From Octopus sinensis (lineage: Eukaryota), in NCBI RefSeq assembly GCF_006345805.1, contig NC_043016.1, positions 21,700,001 through 21,764,000 of the forward strand: a stretch of DNA of 64,000 nt, written 5' to 3'. A program made the position numbers and the translations under genes. The notes under the pieces are model-generated. The model saw only the letters and a program-made list of their open reading frames with translations, made no database searches and was not told the origin of the DNA. Positions 25,718 through 37,663 of the stretch are shown in pieces; position 1 is the first letter of the stretch; each line of letters opens with the position of its first letter.

Positions 25718-28283
25718 CTGAAATTAGCAATATTAATATGAAAGTCAAATAAATTTCAATAACAATTCAGTAACTCAAGCAACAAACAGAATTATCTTTG
25801 TAAGGCATTCTATCATCAACACCAAAAGGCAGAAATTTAGTCAAAATACTTGCAAGTAATTTTTAAAATTAAATGAAAAATATCAAACTTACTTGGTTGA
25901 CCTGTTGGTCGCATTGGCATATTAGGCTGATTAGCCTGACCAGGCTGTATTGCTAACTGTCTCTTCATTCTTTTTTCTTCAAGTTCTTTCTGTATTTTAT
26001 AAATTTTCTCAGCTAGTAAATGATAATATTCCTCCTGGCAGTAAAAAGAAAATATAACATTATACAAAAAAATAAACTCATCTGGAATTTAATTGATTAG
26101 GGTACATAATTAAGATTACAACTACTTTTATATGATTCAATAATTGAAGTGTCAACTATTTTTAGCAAATAAAAGAGCTGTTTAACCTAATAGCGTTTTG
26201 AAAAGAAATCTTTTTCAATATTGAAAACAAAACGTATTAAATCTAAGTAATTTTCTTATTAATATTATTATAGTGCAAACTTATGTCAATTATTAACATC
26301 ACTTACTCTGTCATTGGCAGTTTCATACATATCACCTTCGACTTTTTTCGCATAATCGACTAGATTTTTCATCCTTCTATCTTTGTAAGCTGCAGGATCA
26401 GGAGTTGGAAATATTGCATGGACTCTAAAAGAAAAATAATAAATAAAATATAAGTTACAAATTGATTTTAAACATAAACATAAAAATAATTAGTTGCAGA
26501 TGTAGCCTAATCAAAATCTAACAAATTGTAACAAATGATTTAAAATAATAAACAATACTTACAATCTATGAACAAGGTGATTTCGTAAATCTTGGGTGAC
26601 ACAGTGATGCCATTTCTTAGATCCTCTGTTTGTTTGACTCAAAGCTTGTACACCACCACTACTAGCTGCTACTCCACTTGGGACACCAGTGAAGGAAACA
26701 GGAGGTTGTGTTCTTTGTAACATGTCTTGCCTGGGGGCATTTTGGCTGTTGGGATTTAATTGTGCAGACATCATCCCTGGTGGATTCTGAACTTGGCCTA
26801 TAAAAAAATAAAAGCTTTTTAAGTAAGGGTTTTCTCAGATACAATTAATTCAAAGACAGAAACTATTAATTCAAAATTAGCACTTACCTTGAGGAGTTGA
26901 AATTGATGGCCGAATAGGAGGAACAGCATTGCTGCCAGCGCCTTGCTTATATGGCAAACCCAGAGCATCGTAAGCCCTCTGCATATCTCTAGCACCAGGG
27001 GACTGGGTGCTAACAGGAACTGTTGAAGCTGTTTGTACAACTAAAATAAGAAATGAATATTAATAGTAATCTAAAATATAACACTAAGTTACGAATAAAA
27101 GAAAGTCAAATTATATAAAATTGTTCAAATTATTTTCTTAAATTACCTCCTGGGGCTCTTTTATCAGAAACATGCTTCAGAGGTAAGCAGACAGGGCAGT
27201 CACCTCGAGTACAATTCTTCCAATGTGTTATAATTTGACGAGAGGATGCACAATGGGCAACTACAAGAAATTGAAATTATAAATAAGAATATACACAAGA
27301 CAGCATTTCGATACTGATCAAGACTAAAAGTTTCCCCAATAATTATAACAGACAAAAATTAAATTAAATTGTTATTTACAAATAAAAGGAAATACATTTA
27401 CCCATTTTTGTACTAGTATGTAAAGTAATATTTAAATGTGAGATTAAAAACATCAAGCTTATCAAGACGATAATTTAATACAAAGACACCATGTTAATAT
27501 TAATTGAATTCAAAAGAACTAAAGTTACGATTAATTCTTGAAAATAATTTTTTAAAAATTAAGTGTAGAATTAATTACCAAGACAAGATTTTCCAGCATT
27601 GCAAGTCGTCATGTGATTAAGAACACTCTTCATTGTTTTACAATGAGGAAGTGTACATGAAGCAATTTCACCATTGGTTTGTTCTCGTCTTTGGCATTTA
27701 TGTGCATGAAGTAGTAAAACCAGCTGCTGCTGAATGAGCTTTCGCTTCTCAGGATCTGCTGTAGGGGGTTGCTGACCGGTCGTTCCTTGCTGACCAGTCT
27801 GCACATACATAAACAAATTTTCAGTCAAAGTATTTAATCCGATTGAGATCTCATAAACACACGTTCATAAATAAACAAGGGAAATAAAACTTGGAAAACC
27901 AAGTGCCCCCACCACTAAACCCTTACATCCAATATCTGTAATTACACACACACAGCATTAATACAATTATATATATCAACATACGTCCTCATCCGTATAC
28001 AAACAAGTAAAACTTGAAAAAAAAAAACTTAATTTGTACACTTAAGGCATAAAGTACAACACAAATATAAGCACACAAACAAAAAAAAAAACAAGCACCA
28101 ATTTCATGTCTCATTGGGTTTGCATACACAAATCAGATTATATATATACACACACACGAACATGTACAAAGTTACCGTGTGTGTATGTATATATACATAT
28201 AACATATAACTATAACATATAACACACACATAACTATAACATATAACACACACACACACATTATATATATATATATAATATAT

Positions 28284-28327
<44 letters not shown>

Positions 28328-30916
28328 TTTATTGCAAATATTAAATGCAGGAAAACATACATTTATCAAGATTTCAACCAAAACTGAGAAAAAGGAGATA
28401 TGTACTTAGGATGAGAGAATGAAATAAAATTGATGAGATGGAGACTAAATTGCATACTTTCTGTAGATATATTACTAAAGTGTGAGGGGAGATTAACACT
28501 GATGAATGCAACAAGTTAATAGCAATTGTAAAAATGGAACAGTACTTGTCTATGATTGCAGATAAACATCACATTACAATCGTAGTCCATCGGAACATCG
28601 TTTATAACCAAGTAGTCAACTTAATTCTAAATACTATTTTTAAAAATCTACAAAATATTTAATCAGACTCCTGTATGTGTGTACGCTGTCTGTATTAACT
28701 GTCAATAAATAAATTTGTGAAAGTACCTAATATTTTATTTACACAGATGACATACGGATTCAGTCATTGTAATGATTATATTATATAGACAATCACATAA
28801 CAAACCTATCTTCCTAATTGTTTGAAACCATAACAAAGATCAAAGCAATGTGAATCTCCAGAATAAATATTTCTTATACAGACATTTATGGAGACTTAAA
28901 AAAAAATATTTCAAACAAATCCAATATTTAAAAAATATCCTAAAAAGGGTTTACGGCAATTAGAGAATTACTTCGTAGTATTGAGCATATTAAAGAGAGA
29001 CGTAGAAATTAAAATAAAAGTTGATGTAAAATTAAGTTGTTCTAAAAAAAAAATACTACCGTTAATAAACAAATGGATCAGTATGGATATGTCACACGCT
29101 ATAAAGTAAAATAGCAAAAAAAAAAAGGTCAATTTATATATCAAATATTAGATATATATAGTAAATGATGGGTGGGAAAAGCGTGATATTTGAAAATTAA
29201 GGGAACAATATGTAGACATTGATGATCAGAAAACAATGATCTCATTTCACTAACAAATTGCGTTTTCTCTACAAATGTATATCAAATATAATAAGGGAAG
29301 TGTGAGTGATCCAAGCTTTTAATTTACAGTCGGGCACTATACTCTGGACCAACACCATCACCACAAGCAGCAGTCTGTGGGTGTGTACGTCAGTATAAAA
29401 GATAAACAATAACAAGAAATAAGCTGTCGTTTCACCATTTTTATATACAGAGAGTTAATATCAATGCTAACGAACAAGTACAATGACCACAACAGAGCAG
29501 CAGCTATTACACTTCAGTAGTAAAAGAAAAGTAAACATTACAATGTTAACGAGGGAAAATCATTTTTCAGCAACCATTCTTTTAGAAATTGAAGAATAGT
29601 ATAAAAAGAAAAACCGATATTACATAGATGTGCATGTGTATGATCAAATTCGAATATGTGTATGGTGTGAAGACAAAGAAGAAGGGGAAAGGGAACAGAC
29701 AATAACAGTGCAATTTAAAGAAGACGGTTAGAGAGTAGTATATAGAGAGGCGTCGACCAGTTTCTGTCCCAAACTCGGAAAAAGAAACTAAAACAATCAT
29801 CGTGATTAACAATAAAATCTTAGAGATCGAAAAATAAAAAGGGTAAAAATCATACCTTTATCATTGGCGTCTGACCTGCAGCAGTTAATGCTGGGTGTCC
29901 AACAGAATGAGATGACAACGGTATATGTGTACTCAATGTATTCGTGCTGATAACATTGTTCTGAGAGATGGCCAGGCCTCCAGCAGCTAAATTGGATGTA
30001 GAATTCCGTGCTGGCCCTGCTGCCGTCATAGGTGAGTAATGTGGTCCGTTTAGAAGCTGACTATGGTGTGGGCTCTGAGAATTACTGACAGTACTTTGAG
30101 TTGAAGCACTTTGTGGAGTTACCGGCTTCATACCAACTCCTGGAGGTCCTAAGTGGGTGTTGCCAACATTTTCAATAATAAGATTACTTATAACATTATT
30201 ACTTGATGAAAAAGATGAGCTACTGCTGGTCAATGGTAAATCGGTGCTATGGATTGAAGCTGCTCCTGCTTTGCTTAAGGATCCGTGGGGTGGTGAAACA
30301 AATTGCCAGATAATGGACTTTTTACAGTGTTGTTTATACTCGGACTAGAATTGATGTTAGCAATCATCTGGTTTCTACTAGGTGGTCCAGTACCCCCTTG
30401 ATTCTGAGGGTTTTGGGGACTAGAAATGTTATTTCCAGAATGTGTTGAAACAGAAGTAGGCTGTAGAAGATGAGATAACTGTTGGTGTGGGTGCCTTTGC
30501 GAACTGGTATCTTGACCGGATGGAACCTGAGAATCATTTGTTCCATTGTGGGACCCATCACTTGCCGAGTTATTTGTAGACATTAACTCATCTGGTAGCG
30601 CTTCGTTTAAATCGAATTCAGTCATAAATGCATCTGAAAATTTTAAGAGAAAGCGATAAGATAATACAAGTGTGACAGTAAACTATAAATTAACAAACAA
30701 AACATACGATCGTTGGCTCGAATGTTTGCGATCGTTCGCCACTAAAACACAAAAATAATCGAAAGTCTGAAATTAGCAGAGCACAATCACAGAGAACATA
30801 TAAAAATATAAATAAATTAAATACTACTACATACCTCCACTGTCACTTGGTAAAGCAGGTGACGCAAGCTTTGGTCTCTTGGCTGGAGGGCCTTCTACAA
30901 CCTGGGGGTCGGCCAT
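25431..30916 (-). CDS. CREBBP: CBP/p300 histone acetyltransferase coactivator, 5' part (9 coding exons, about 710 codons; gene continues beyond the left edge). Apparent 1-nt frameshift in exon 2
   Basis: Spliced translation gives [20 protein letters not shown]...[17 protein letters not shown] (LxxLL), TAZ1 [26 protein letters not shown]...[28 protein letters not shown], and [30 protein letters not shown]...[21 protein letters not shown]. All 8 internal introns are GT-AG with matching phases. Confidence 0.98.
25893..26034 (-). CDS. CREBBP: CBP coding exon 8 (142 nt, end of KIX)
   Basis: tgccag|GAG GAA; [26 protein letters not shown]; donor CCAA|gtaagt. Confidence 0.97.
26307..26424 (-). CDS. 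CREBBP: CBP coding exon 7 (118 nt, KIX core)
   Basis: ttttag|A GTC; [39 protein letters not shown]; donor AGA|gtaagt. Same length as human exon 9 (from memory). Confidence 0.97.
26563..26797 (-). CDS. CREBBP: CBP coding exon 6 (235 nt, start of KIX)
   Basis: tttatag|GC CAA; ends [19 protein letters not shown]; donor ATT|gtaagt, phase 2. Confidence 0.95.
26888..27040 (-). CDS. CREBBP: CBP coding exon 5 (153 nt)
   Basis: ttttag|TT GTA; contains [13 protein letters not shown]; donor CAAG|gtaagt. Confidence 0.95.
27147..27260 (-). CDS. CREBBP: CBP coding exon 4 (114 nt, TAZ1 second part)
   Basis: cttgtag|TT GCC; [38 protein letters not shown]; donor GAG|gtaatt. Same length as human CREBBP exon 5 (from memory). 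Confidence 0.97.
27579..27798 (-). CDS. CREBBP: CBP coding exon 3 (220 nt, TAZ1 first part)
   Basis: gtgcag|ACT GGT...; [61 protein letters not shown]; donor CTTG|gtaatt. Confidence 0.97.
29856..30633 (-). CDS. CREBBP: CBP coding exon 2 (778 nt as given; needs 779 nt to stay in frame)
   Basis: Acceptor ttttcag|AT gives [17 protein letters not shown]; donor AAG|gtatga. Two ORFs (30275-30625 and 29850-30233) lie in different frames. Confidence 0.88.
30835..30916 (-). CDS. CREBBP: CBP coding exon 1 (82 nt, [27 protein letters not shown], phase 1)
   Basis: aaaATGGCC start, PAKRPKL resembling the human N-terminal PKRAKL motif, donor GAG|gtatgt. Confidence 0.93.
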
Positions 30917-32100
30917 TTTATACTCCCCTATATATAATATAAACTATTGCACTTCCAGTTTTGCAACGACCTCAAGCTTTTCGTTCCATGTAATAATCCT
31001 TTAACTGCAATGGCGGTTTAGAGGCTGCAAAACCGTCCACAGCCATGGCTCCAGTGATGGTGATCATTATTTCAAGGGACTAAAATCCAATCCCTTCATG
31101 GTGCTCGATATAAATCTTCGGGCACAAAGCCGTTAATATACAATTCATGTTCTAAACTCACAATGATTTCATATAATCTATTTCTAAATCCGATATAGAG
31201 TCTGAATAGAGATATTAACTATCCAATGACAACCAGTAGGACAAGGTCGTAGAATTTACTATTTGAATTCTGCGAAAATTCCAAATTGTTCCGACAACTG
31301 AAAATTTTACGCAAGATGGCCGCTGTTGAAAGTTTCAGCTTGTCAGAAAACAACGGAAACTTCCGAGTTCGATCTCGTGTTACGGAGAAAAATTATTCAT
31401 ATATTCGTTTTACCATGTGACGATCGCACTCGATTATTATTGGTCGACTGTCACATAGTACACATGAGTGAGTTCATCACGGACAATACCGAAAAATCTC
31501 GAATACTGAATGTTGGGTATTAACTACTGTTAATGGTGTGGTAGGTAGCGTCGCAATTGTAGTAGTCGGCCTTTTTCCAAGCTTTAAATTTGACAATATT
31601 TTTAAATATTTCAACTTCAGTTTTCTTATCTCCGTTTGTAATTGCACTTATTTCAATCGTAAGATGTTCGGATATGAATGAAGTGCAATATTTACTCGCA
31701 CCCCTAAATATTGGTTAGAATTATCGTCTATTCTCAGATACAAAGTGAGGGGGATTCTCTTGAACAAGTTCTCGGTTAGACTGCTGCTGCTAGTTGTGCT
31801 GCTGCTGTTGATGGTAATATTGATGAAGGCGGCGGCTGTGGTGGTGGTGATAGTGGTGATGGTGGTAGTCAGATAAACTGCGCCACTACTTCGCTGGATT
31901 CGCTTCCTACCTCTGACGCACCCGCACATTATCACATTTACCGACATCTACAGCAATTTCTTCATTCCGTCTTATTTTCGTCGTCGTCGCTGTAATAAAA
32001 CGAATATCTAGAATTTGTTGTTACATGTTCCATCGTTCTTTCCCTATGTCTGTGTTATCTTAAGTGATCACTGGTTAGGAAATGGTCAATGTGTTGGAGG
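30917..32100 (-). promoter_or_regulatory. CBP 5' leader and CpG-rich promoter region with YY1-like and ETS-like motifs; TSS not determined
   Basis: CpG visibly denser than in the flanks and no TE remnants. AAAATGGCC overlaps the start codon, CAAGATGGCCGC at 31312-31323, CGGAAGT on the minus strand near 31357-31365. Confidence 0.6.
30972..31099 (-). other. Two chained upstream ORFs: MKGLDFSPLK* (31099-31067) and MITITGAMAVDGFAASKPPLQLKDYYMERKA* (31067-30972)
   Basis: Direct translation; contexts accATGa and gccATGg; TAATG overlap at 31069-31065. Function depends on the TSS lying upstream of 31099. Confidence 0.5.
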
Positions 32101-35100
32101 CGGGGAATGAGTAGCAGTGATTTTTGTTAGAAATATTACCTCTAATAGTCGGTTCTGGTTAGATTATATAAACTAATCCACCCATTTTATAGACAATCGT
32201 TAATGTTTTAGATTAACTTTGGATATTTATATGGCTTGCTGGAAAATTAATAAAGATGCTATTAAAATGTGTAGTTCTCTCGCTTTATAATCTAAATTCG
32301 CATTTATCTAACACTTGTCTGCTTAGTTTGTGCATAAATATCACCAAAATCGACACCATTTAAACTATTCTTACTGAGATAATACGAATGTCAATTATCA
32401 TAATGAATGTTATGTTGAGGTGTTGAGACTAAATTCTATATTTATAGGTCTCAATCACGCACGCTCTCGGCATAATATTTCCCGTAGCTCTGCCTCGAAA
32501 ACTTTTTCTCTAGAATTATTTGAAGCATTTCTATAATTGTCATACTGCTTTAATGTTGTATCCAGTATGATATCATTTTCTAGGTTTGTTTACAAAGCCC
32601 TCATTGCCAAAAAAAAAAATCGGTTATATTCATGGTGCGAAATGTTTAAAGCATTTATATTTAGAATAGTTTTGTTAATATTTTGATAGATATTTACAGG
32701 AGAAATGTTTTTCTAAATTCCCTTTCCTGGAACAAGTCTAGTGTCGTGAATTGTGTTAGAAATCTATATTTTTACCAAGCTTAGTTCTTGATATCATATA
32801 CGATAACTTCCTCTTTAAAGCATGTTCAAAACCAATAAATAGAATGTTCAAGTTACTCCCGAAGATGTCAAGAAAATGTGTTTGATCTTACAGAATAGAA
32901 AATATGTTCATTAAAGATTTCAGTAATTTAAAAAAATTCTCCTATAATATTTCAAAAAGAATCGGGAGATGAAAGCTATATTTCAAATGTGATAATCAAC
33001 AAGTTACAAAACTGCCAAAATCTATCACTGTGAACTGTGAAGTATCTTCTCATGAAATATTACCAGTAACAAAATTAATTTTACATTTACAACTTGTAAT
33101 TTAGTTACAGTTTTTATATAACTATTTATTAAAATTTATTTATGATTATCTTGAGCGAGACAGCTGTAAATTGGAGCGAAAATATAATTTTTTTTATATT
33201 CAGTAATAAGTTTAACTGATTGACAATTCTTTAGGTTAATTATCTGATCTATCTTACCAAATTTTTATTTCGATAAAAGTGAATACCTTCAATTTTTCAC
33301 TACCCCTACAATTTAGAGTATGTTCAATATAACATCTGTATGATTATAATAACTATTCTGAAAGGGTATTTTTTTTTCATATAAAACTTGTTCTTAGATG
33401 ATGGTACCTGTATAGCCCAAAACTTTCAGAGTTTGTGTCAATAAATATGATAATGAGATGTCAGAGAATAATATAAATTACTTTAAAACTTAATAATATA
33501 AATATCACAGTACTTCAGAAGAGTCTTACTATGATTATACTATTATTTTTATTATTGTCAAGTAGTGTTGCTGAATGTAAATGAATAAAGGTGACTTGCA
33601 TTTATTGTTTGATGGATTTCAAATATCTAATTTTAAGAGATAAGACAAACTAAAAGAAATGTTGTTAAATTTTTGAAAACTCAAATACTATTAATGAGAA
33701 ATGACCCAGATCAAAACTAGTTTTCAAAGGTTTATACAGTCAAGAAAAAAGTACAATACCATAAATGTTATGAAAGTTAGTGTAATACAATGTACGTGTG
33801 TATACAAACACACCCACAACCATGTATGTATATATGTATATGCATAAAATCATACACATAATGTTCTTTTATTTATTTTTGATAGTAAGAAAATATCCAT
33901 AGATGTATTTTGCTCAACTTAACATTAATGACTACTAAAGGCTTTATGAAAAGAGTATATTTTTGTAACTTCAAAACATTGATTTCCAGGCTTTTATATG
34001 AAATATATACTTATATATATATAAGCTTGCCTCTCATCTATGTGGTCTTGGGTTGTCTACACAGCACCTTGCACAAATGTTTTCCACTATAGTTTCTGGC
34101 AATTAGATTTATAAGAGAATAAGTACTCAATACATGAAGTAATGTTTATTGATTTATTTGAGCATGCTTCCAGTTCCATTTTCCAGTTTTACATTAAAGA
34201 AGGAAAATGGGAAACTAAGAGTAGACTTATGCATAGATTACACTTCAAATACTGTGTGTATATATCTATATGCATAAGTATATATGTATGTATGTATGTG
34301 TGTGTGTTTGCATATGTATGTGTGTATGGAAGCCTCTCGTGTGTGTATATCTTTCTATTTGTGTTTGCTTCCGCCCAACTTCTTGACAGTCGGTATTGGT
34401 TTGTTTATGGCCCTGTAACTTTGCATTACTACAAAAGAGATCAATAAAGTAAGAACCAAACTTATAAAGAAAATAGGTTCTGGGATCCAATTAACTAAAC
34501 CCTTCAAAGCAGTGCCCACTATGGTTGCAGACCTACAATCCATGCAAGCATGGAGAAAGCTAGTGTAAAAACATTTTCTTACTAATAAAAGTATCAGAAA
34601 TGTATGCATGGTTGTACTGATGTATTTATCATGTTTGCATATGTGTGTATAAATGTACGTATATATATATACATATGTATATGTGCATGTAAGTATGTTT
34701 ACAAAAATGAATGTGTGTGCATATATATATATATATACATTGTCTCTTATAGATGCACTCAATTTTTTTAAAACTGAAAATCCATGGTTTGTACTTTAAC
34801 TTTGTATTTCAATTTTTTAAGGTTAGAACCCCTTCTTCAGGAAATATTAGGAGAAATGGTGTTGTGAGCTGGCTTCTCTGTTCTTGAGTGTGTGGAGAGG
34901 GTCATATCTATCTGTCTGTCTATCGATCTATCTATCTATCTACCCATCTATCAGTCTATCTTCCTATTTTTATACCTGTGTCTGTAAATACAGATATGTA
35001 TATTATCATCATCATCATTATATTTTAATATCCACTTTTCCATGTTCTTATGGATCTGTGACCAGATATGTTTCCATGGAAGTTTGGAAATGAAGGACAA

Positions 35101-35958
35101 CCAGTACACAATGTCAAGACAAGGAGATACAACCATACACGCATACATGCTTAATTATAAACAATGGGATTATTTTAGTTATTGTTCACCAAATCTACTC
35201 AAGGCTTTGGTCAGCCTGTAGTTATAGTAGAAGACAGTTGCCCAAGATGCTAAGTAGTTAGAAAGCAAAATGTTTATCATGTTAGAATAGTAAAACAGTA
35301 AAAAGTTTCTGAAAATTACATTGTACGACATTCTGAAATTATAGGAAGAAACTCTTATTGATCAACCGCCAATCTGAAAATGTGTTAAATAGTAAATGAA
35401 TTAGCATGCATCATATTAAAGATTTCTAAACCAACTCCAATAAAATTCAAATTTAATTCACTCCCCAAAAAGTGGTATTGTGTGTTCAGTTTTTAACTCT
35501 AAAAACAAAAAGAATGAGGTTTCGTGGAACCTGCTATATCTTGACAATTAGTTGATGCATGACCAACTGCTCAATTTATTACAGTCTAGTTTGTAGGTAC
35601 AAATCTATCTGGAACTACATGTTATTAAAAACCAGAAAAAAGGAATCAAACGGGTACTGTTGTATGAACGATGAAAATCAGATTCTCTCTCTACCTCTGT
35701 CAGACGGTCTACTTCTTTTTTCTCTCTCACTATACACATATACACACACATATATATTCCTTTATTATTTTACTTGATTCAGTCATTGGAATACAGCCAT
35801 CTGAAAGGATCAACCAGACTTATCTTAAATTCATTATATATTCTCTCAGTTTAATAGCTAAGCTAGAGGCATACACAAACAAGTGCCAGTTGTTAAGCTG
35901 GGAGAAGCAAACACAAGCACAAAAATGCACAATCACATGCATGTGTATATATATTCAT

Positions 35959-35989
<31 letters not shown>

Positions 35990-37623
35990 GAGAGAGAGAG
36001 AGGGGGGGAGAAACAGACAGAGGAGACTGACAGATAGATAGATGTACTTATCTACAATGAGTTTATGGACACACTTGCTATCACTCAAATTCACTTATGA
36101 CATTGTTCAGCTTAGGGTTATAGTTGCAGATACCTACCAGAGAAGCTGTAGAATGAGACTGAACCTGGAACCACATAGCTGAAATGCACATTTTTTAACC
36201 ACACTGCCATGTGCATTTAGTTGACAGAAACTGAAAGAAGCCTATCATATATGTATACAGGAGTAAATGTAAGGACAGGCAAGTCAATATACAAAAAATA
36301 TTTTTAAAATGCATGTATGTATGCATATAAAAAAGTCCAACTTACACAAAATAGAAATGATATCAGGAATTAAAGGGGTTGAGTAAGAGTTTTACGAGTC
36401 CAACAGCTATTTAATATATTTTGTATATTGACTTGCCTAACTTGCTTGTCCTTACATTCCCTCCTCTACCTGCTCAAGTTCAAATCCCTGGAGCACTATG
36501 AAGTGTATTCTATACAGAGGATACCTGTCTCTAATCTATAAACTATACATACACGTATGTAACAAGTGAAGAATGAAGTTGCTGATATTACATTTATTCC
36601 ACCGTTTACATTTGTCTCAATAAGATGAGAGCAATGATATTGTACAATATGTATTACATAATGATCAACCTACAGCCATTTATTCTTAACTGAAATAATT
36701 GTAAGCTGTGGAATAAATGTAATACCAGCAAGTCCATTCTTCATTTGTTATTAATACATTGCAATGGAATATAACCGTCTGGATTTTATATTTCTTTGAA
36801 AACAATGATTCTACTAATAAAATTCTTCTTCCTATACATTCAGATAGTTGATATGGGCAGTAGTGCTGCCTGAGATAAATGCTTGGATCCCTTGCTCCTT
36901 TCTCACTTAATATCTAAAATTAAAAGGAAATAGTGCTGTATATAAGAATGTTCTAAACACACATATATGATTATTATGTGTGAGTGTATATATATATGGA
37001 CAAGCGAGTGAGCAAATGAAAGAAAGTAGCACTCCACACAGTAGCTCTGTCATCTGACTTGTCCCAATATCTTACCCTAACATGTATGTTCCCCAGGATG
37101 AGAAACTGTTGTCATTGAATATACTATGTCAATGGCCACCATTAAAGTGGTACCATCAGTGTACTATCCAAATACATAGACTTAAAAAAAAAGAAAATAA
37201 TTAGCATTGCATTAATACCACATGACCTGAGCTGGTCAATAGATGCCTAGAAGGTATCTTGAATTTCTCTCAAACCCTCCACTCTGCCCCCAAACACCTT
37301 ATGAGATGGATGTGTCCAACATGCCCAGGAAACAAGCCATGTGAAGCTGAATCAAACTATTAAGTTTGTGTGTGTGTGCGTTGAAACAGTGGATCTTGAA
37401 ATACATAAAGCTATAATTAACAGCATGTAAATATTAGGTTAAGATCCACTATTTCCCCTAAAATTATTGACATTTTCTCAAAAGTTTATAAATTCTTGAC
37501 ATCACCTGTGTGTGTGTATAAAGAGTTGCAGAGCTTATTAGGAATATGTTTTACACAGTGCAAACATTATCTGAGGAAGAACTCAATACATCAGTTATAA
37601 TGAATAAATGTATTTATAATATA

Positions 37624-37663
<40 letters not shown>

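Noticed and set aside
30290-30340. Programmed -1 frameshift signal as the explanation for the CBP exon 2 frame change
   Set aside because: No canonical X XXY YYZ heptamer or obvious downstream stimulatory structure in the overlap region; not supported from sequence alone.
31316-31420. Plus-strand ATG (MAAVESFSLSENNGNF...) as exon 1 of a divergent protein gene
   Set aside because: It stops after 34 codons, has no strong donor, and I found no downstream plus-strand exons; the ATG is explained by a YY1-like motif.
31648-31947. 99-aa minus-strand ORF as a separate gene
   Set aside because: Low complexity from trinucleotide runs and no domain similarity; kept only as a possible leader feature.
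34800-34852. Minus-strand CTGAAGAAGG...CCTT...GAAA as a hammerhead
   Set aside because: Extra bases separate helix II from GAAA and there is no helix I or III; at most a decayed remnant.
36852-36872. GGCAG-TAGTG-CTGCC hairpin as an iron-responsive element
   Set aside because: The loop is not CAGUGN, there is no bulged C or lower stem, and no mRNA context.
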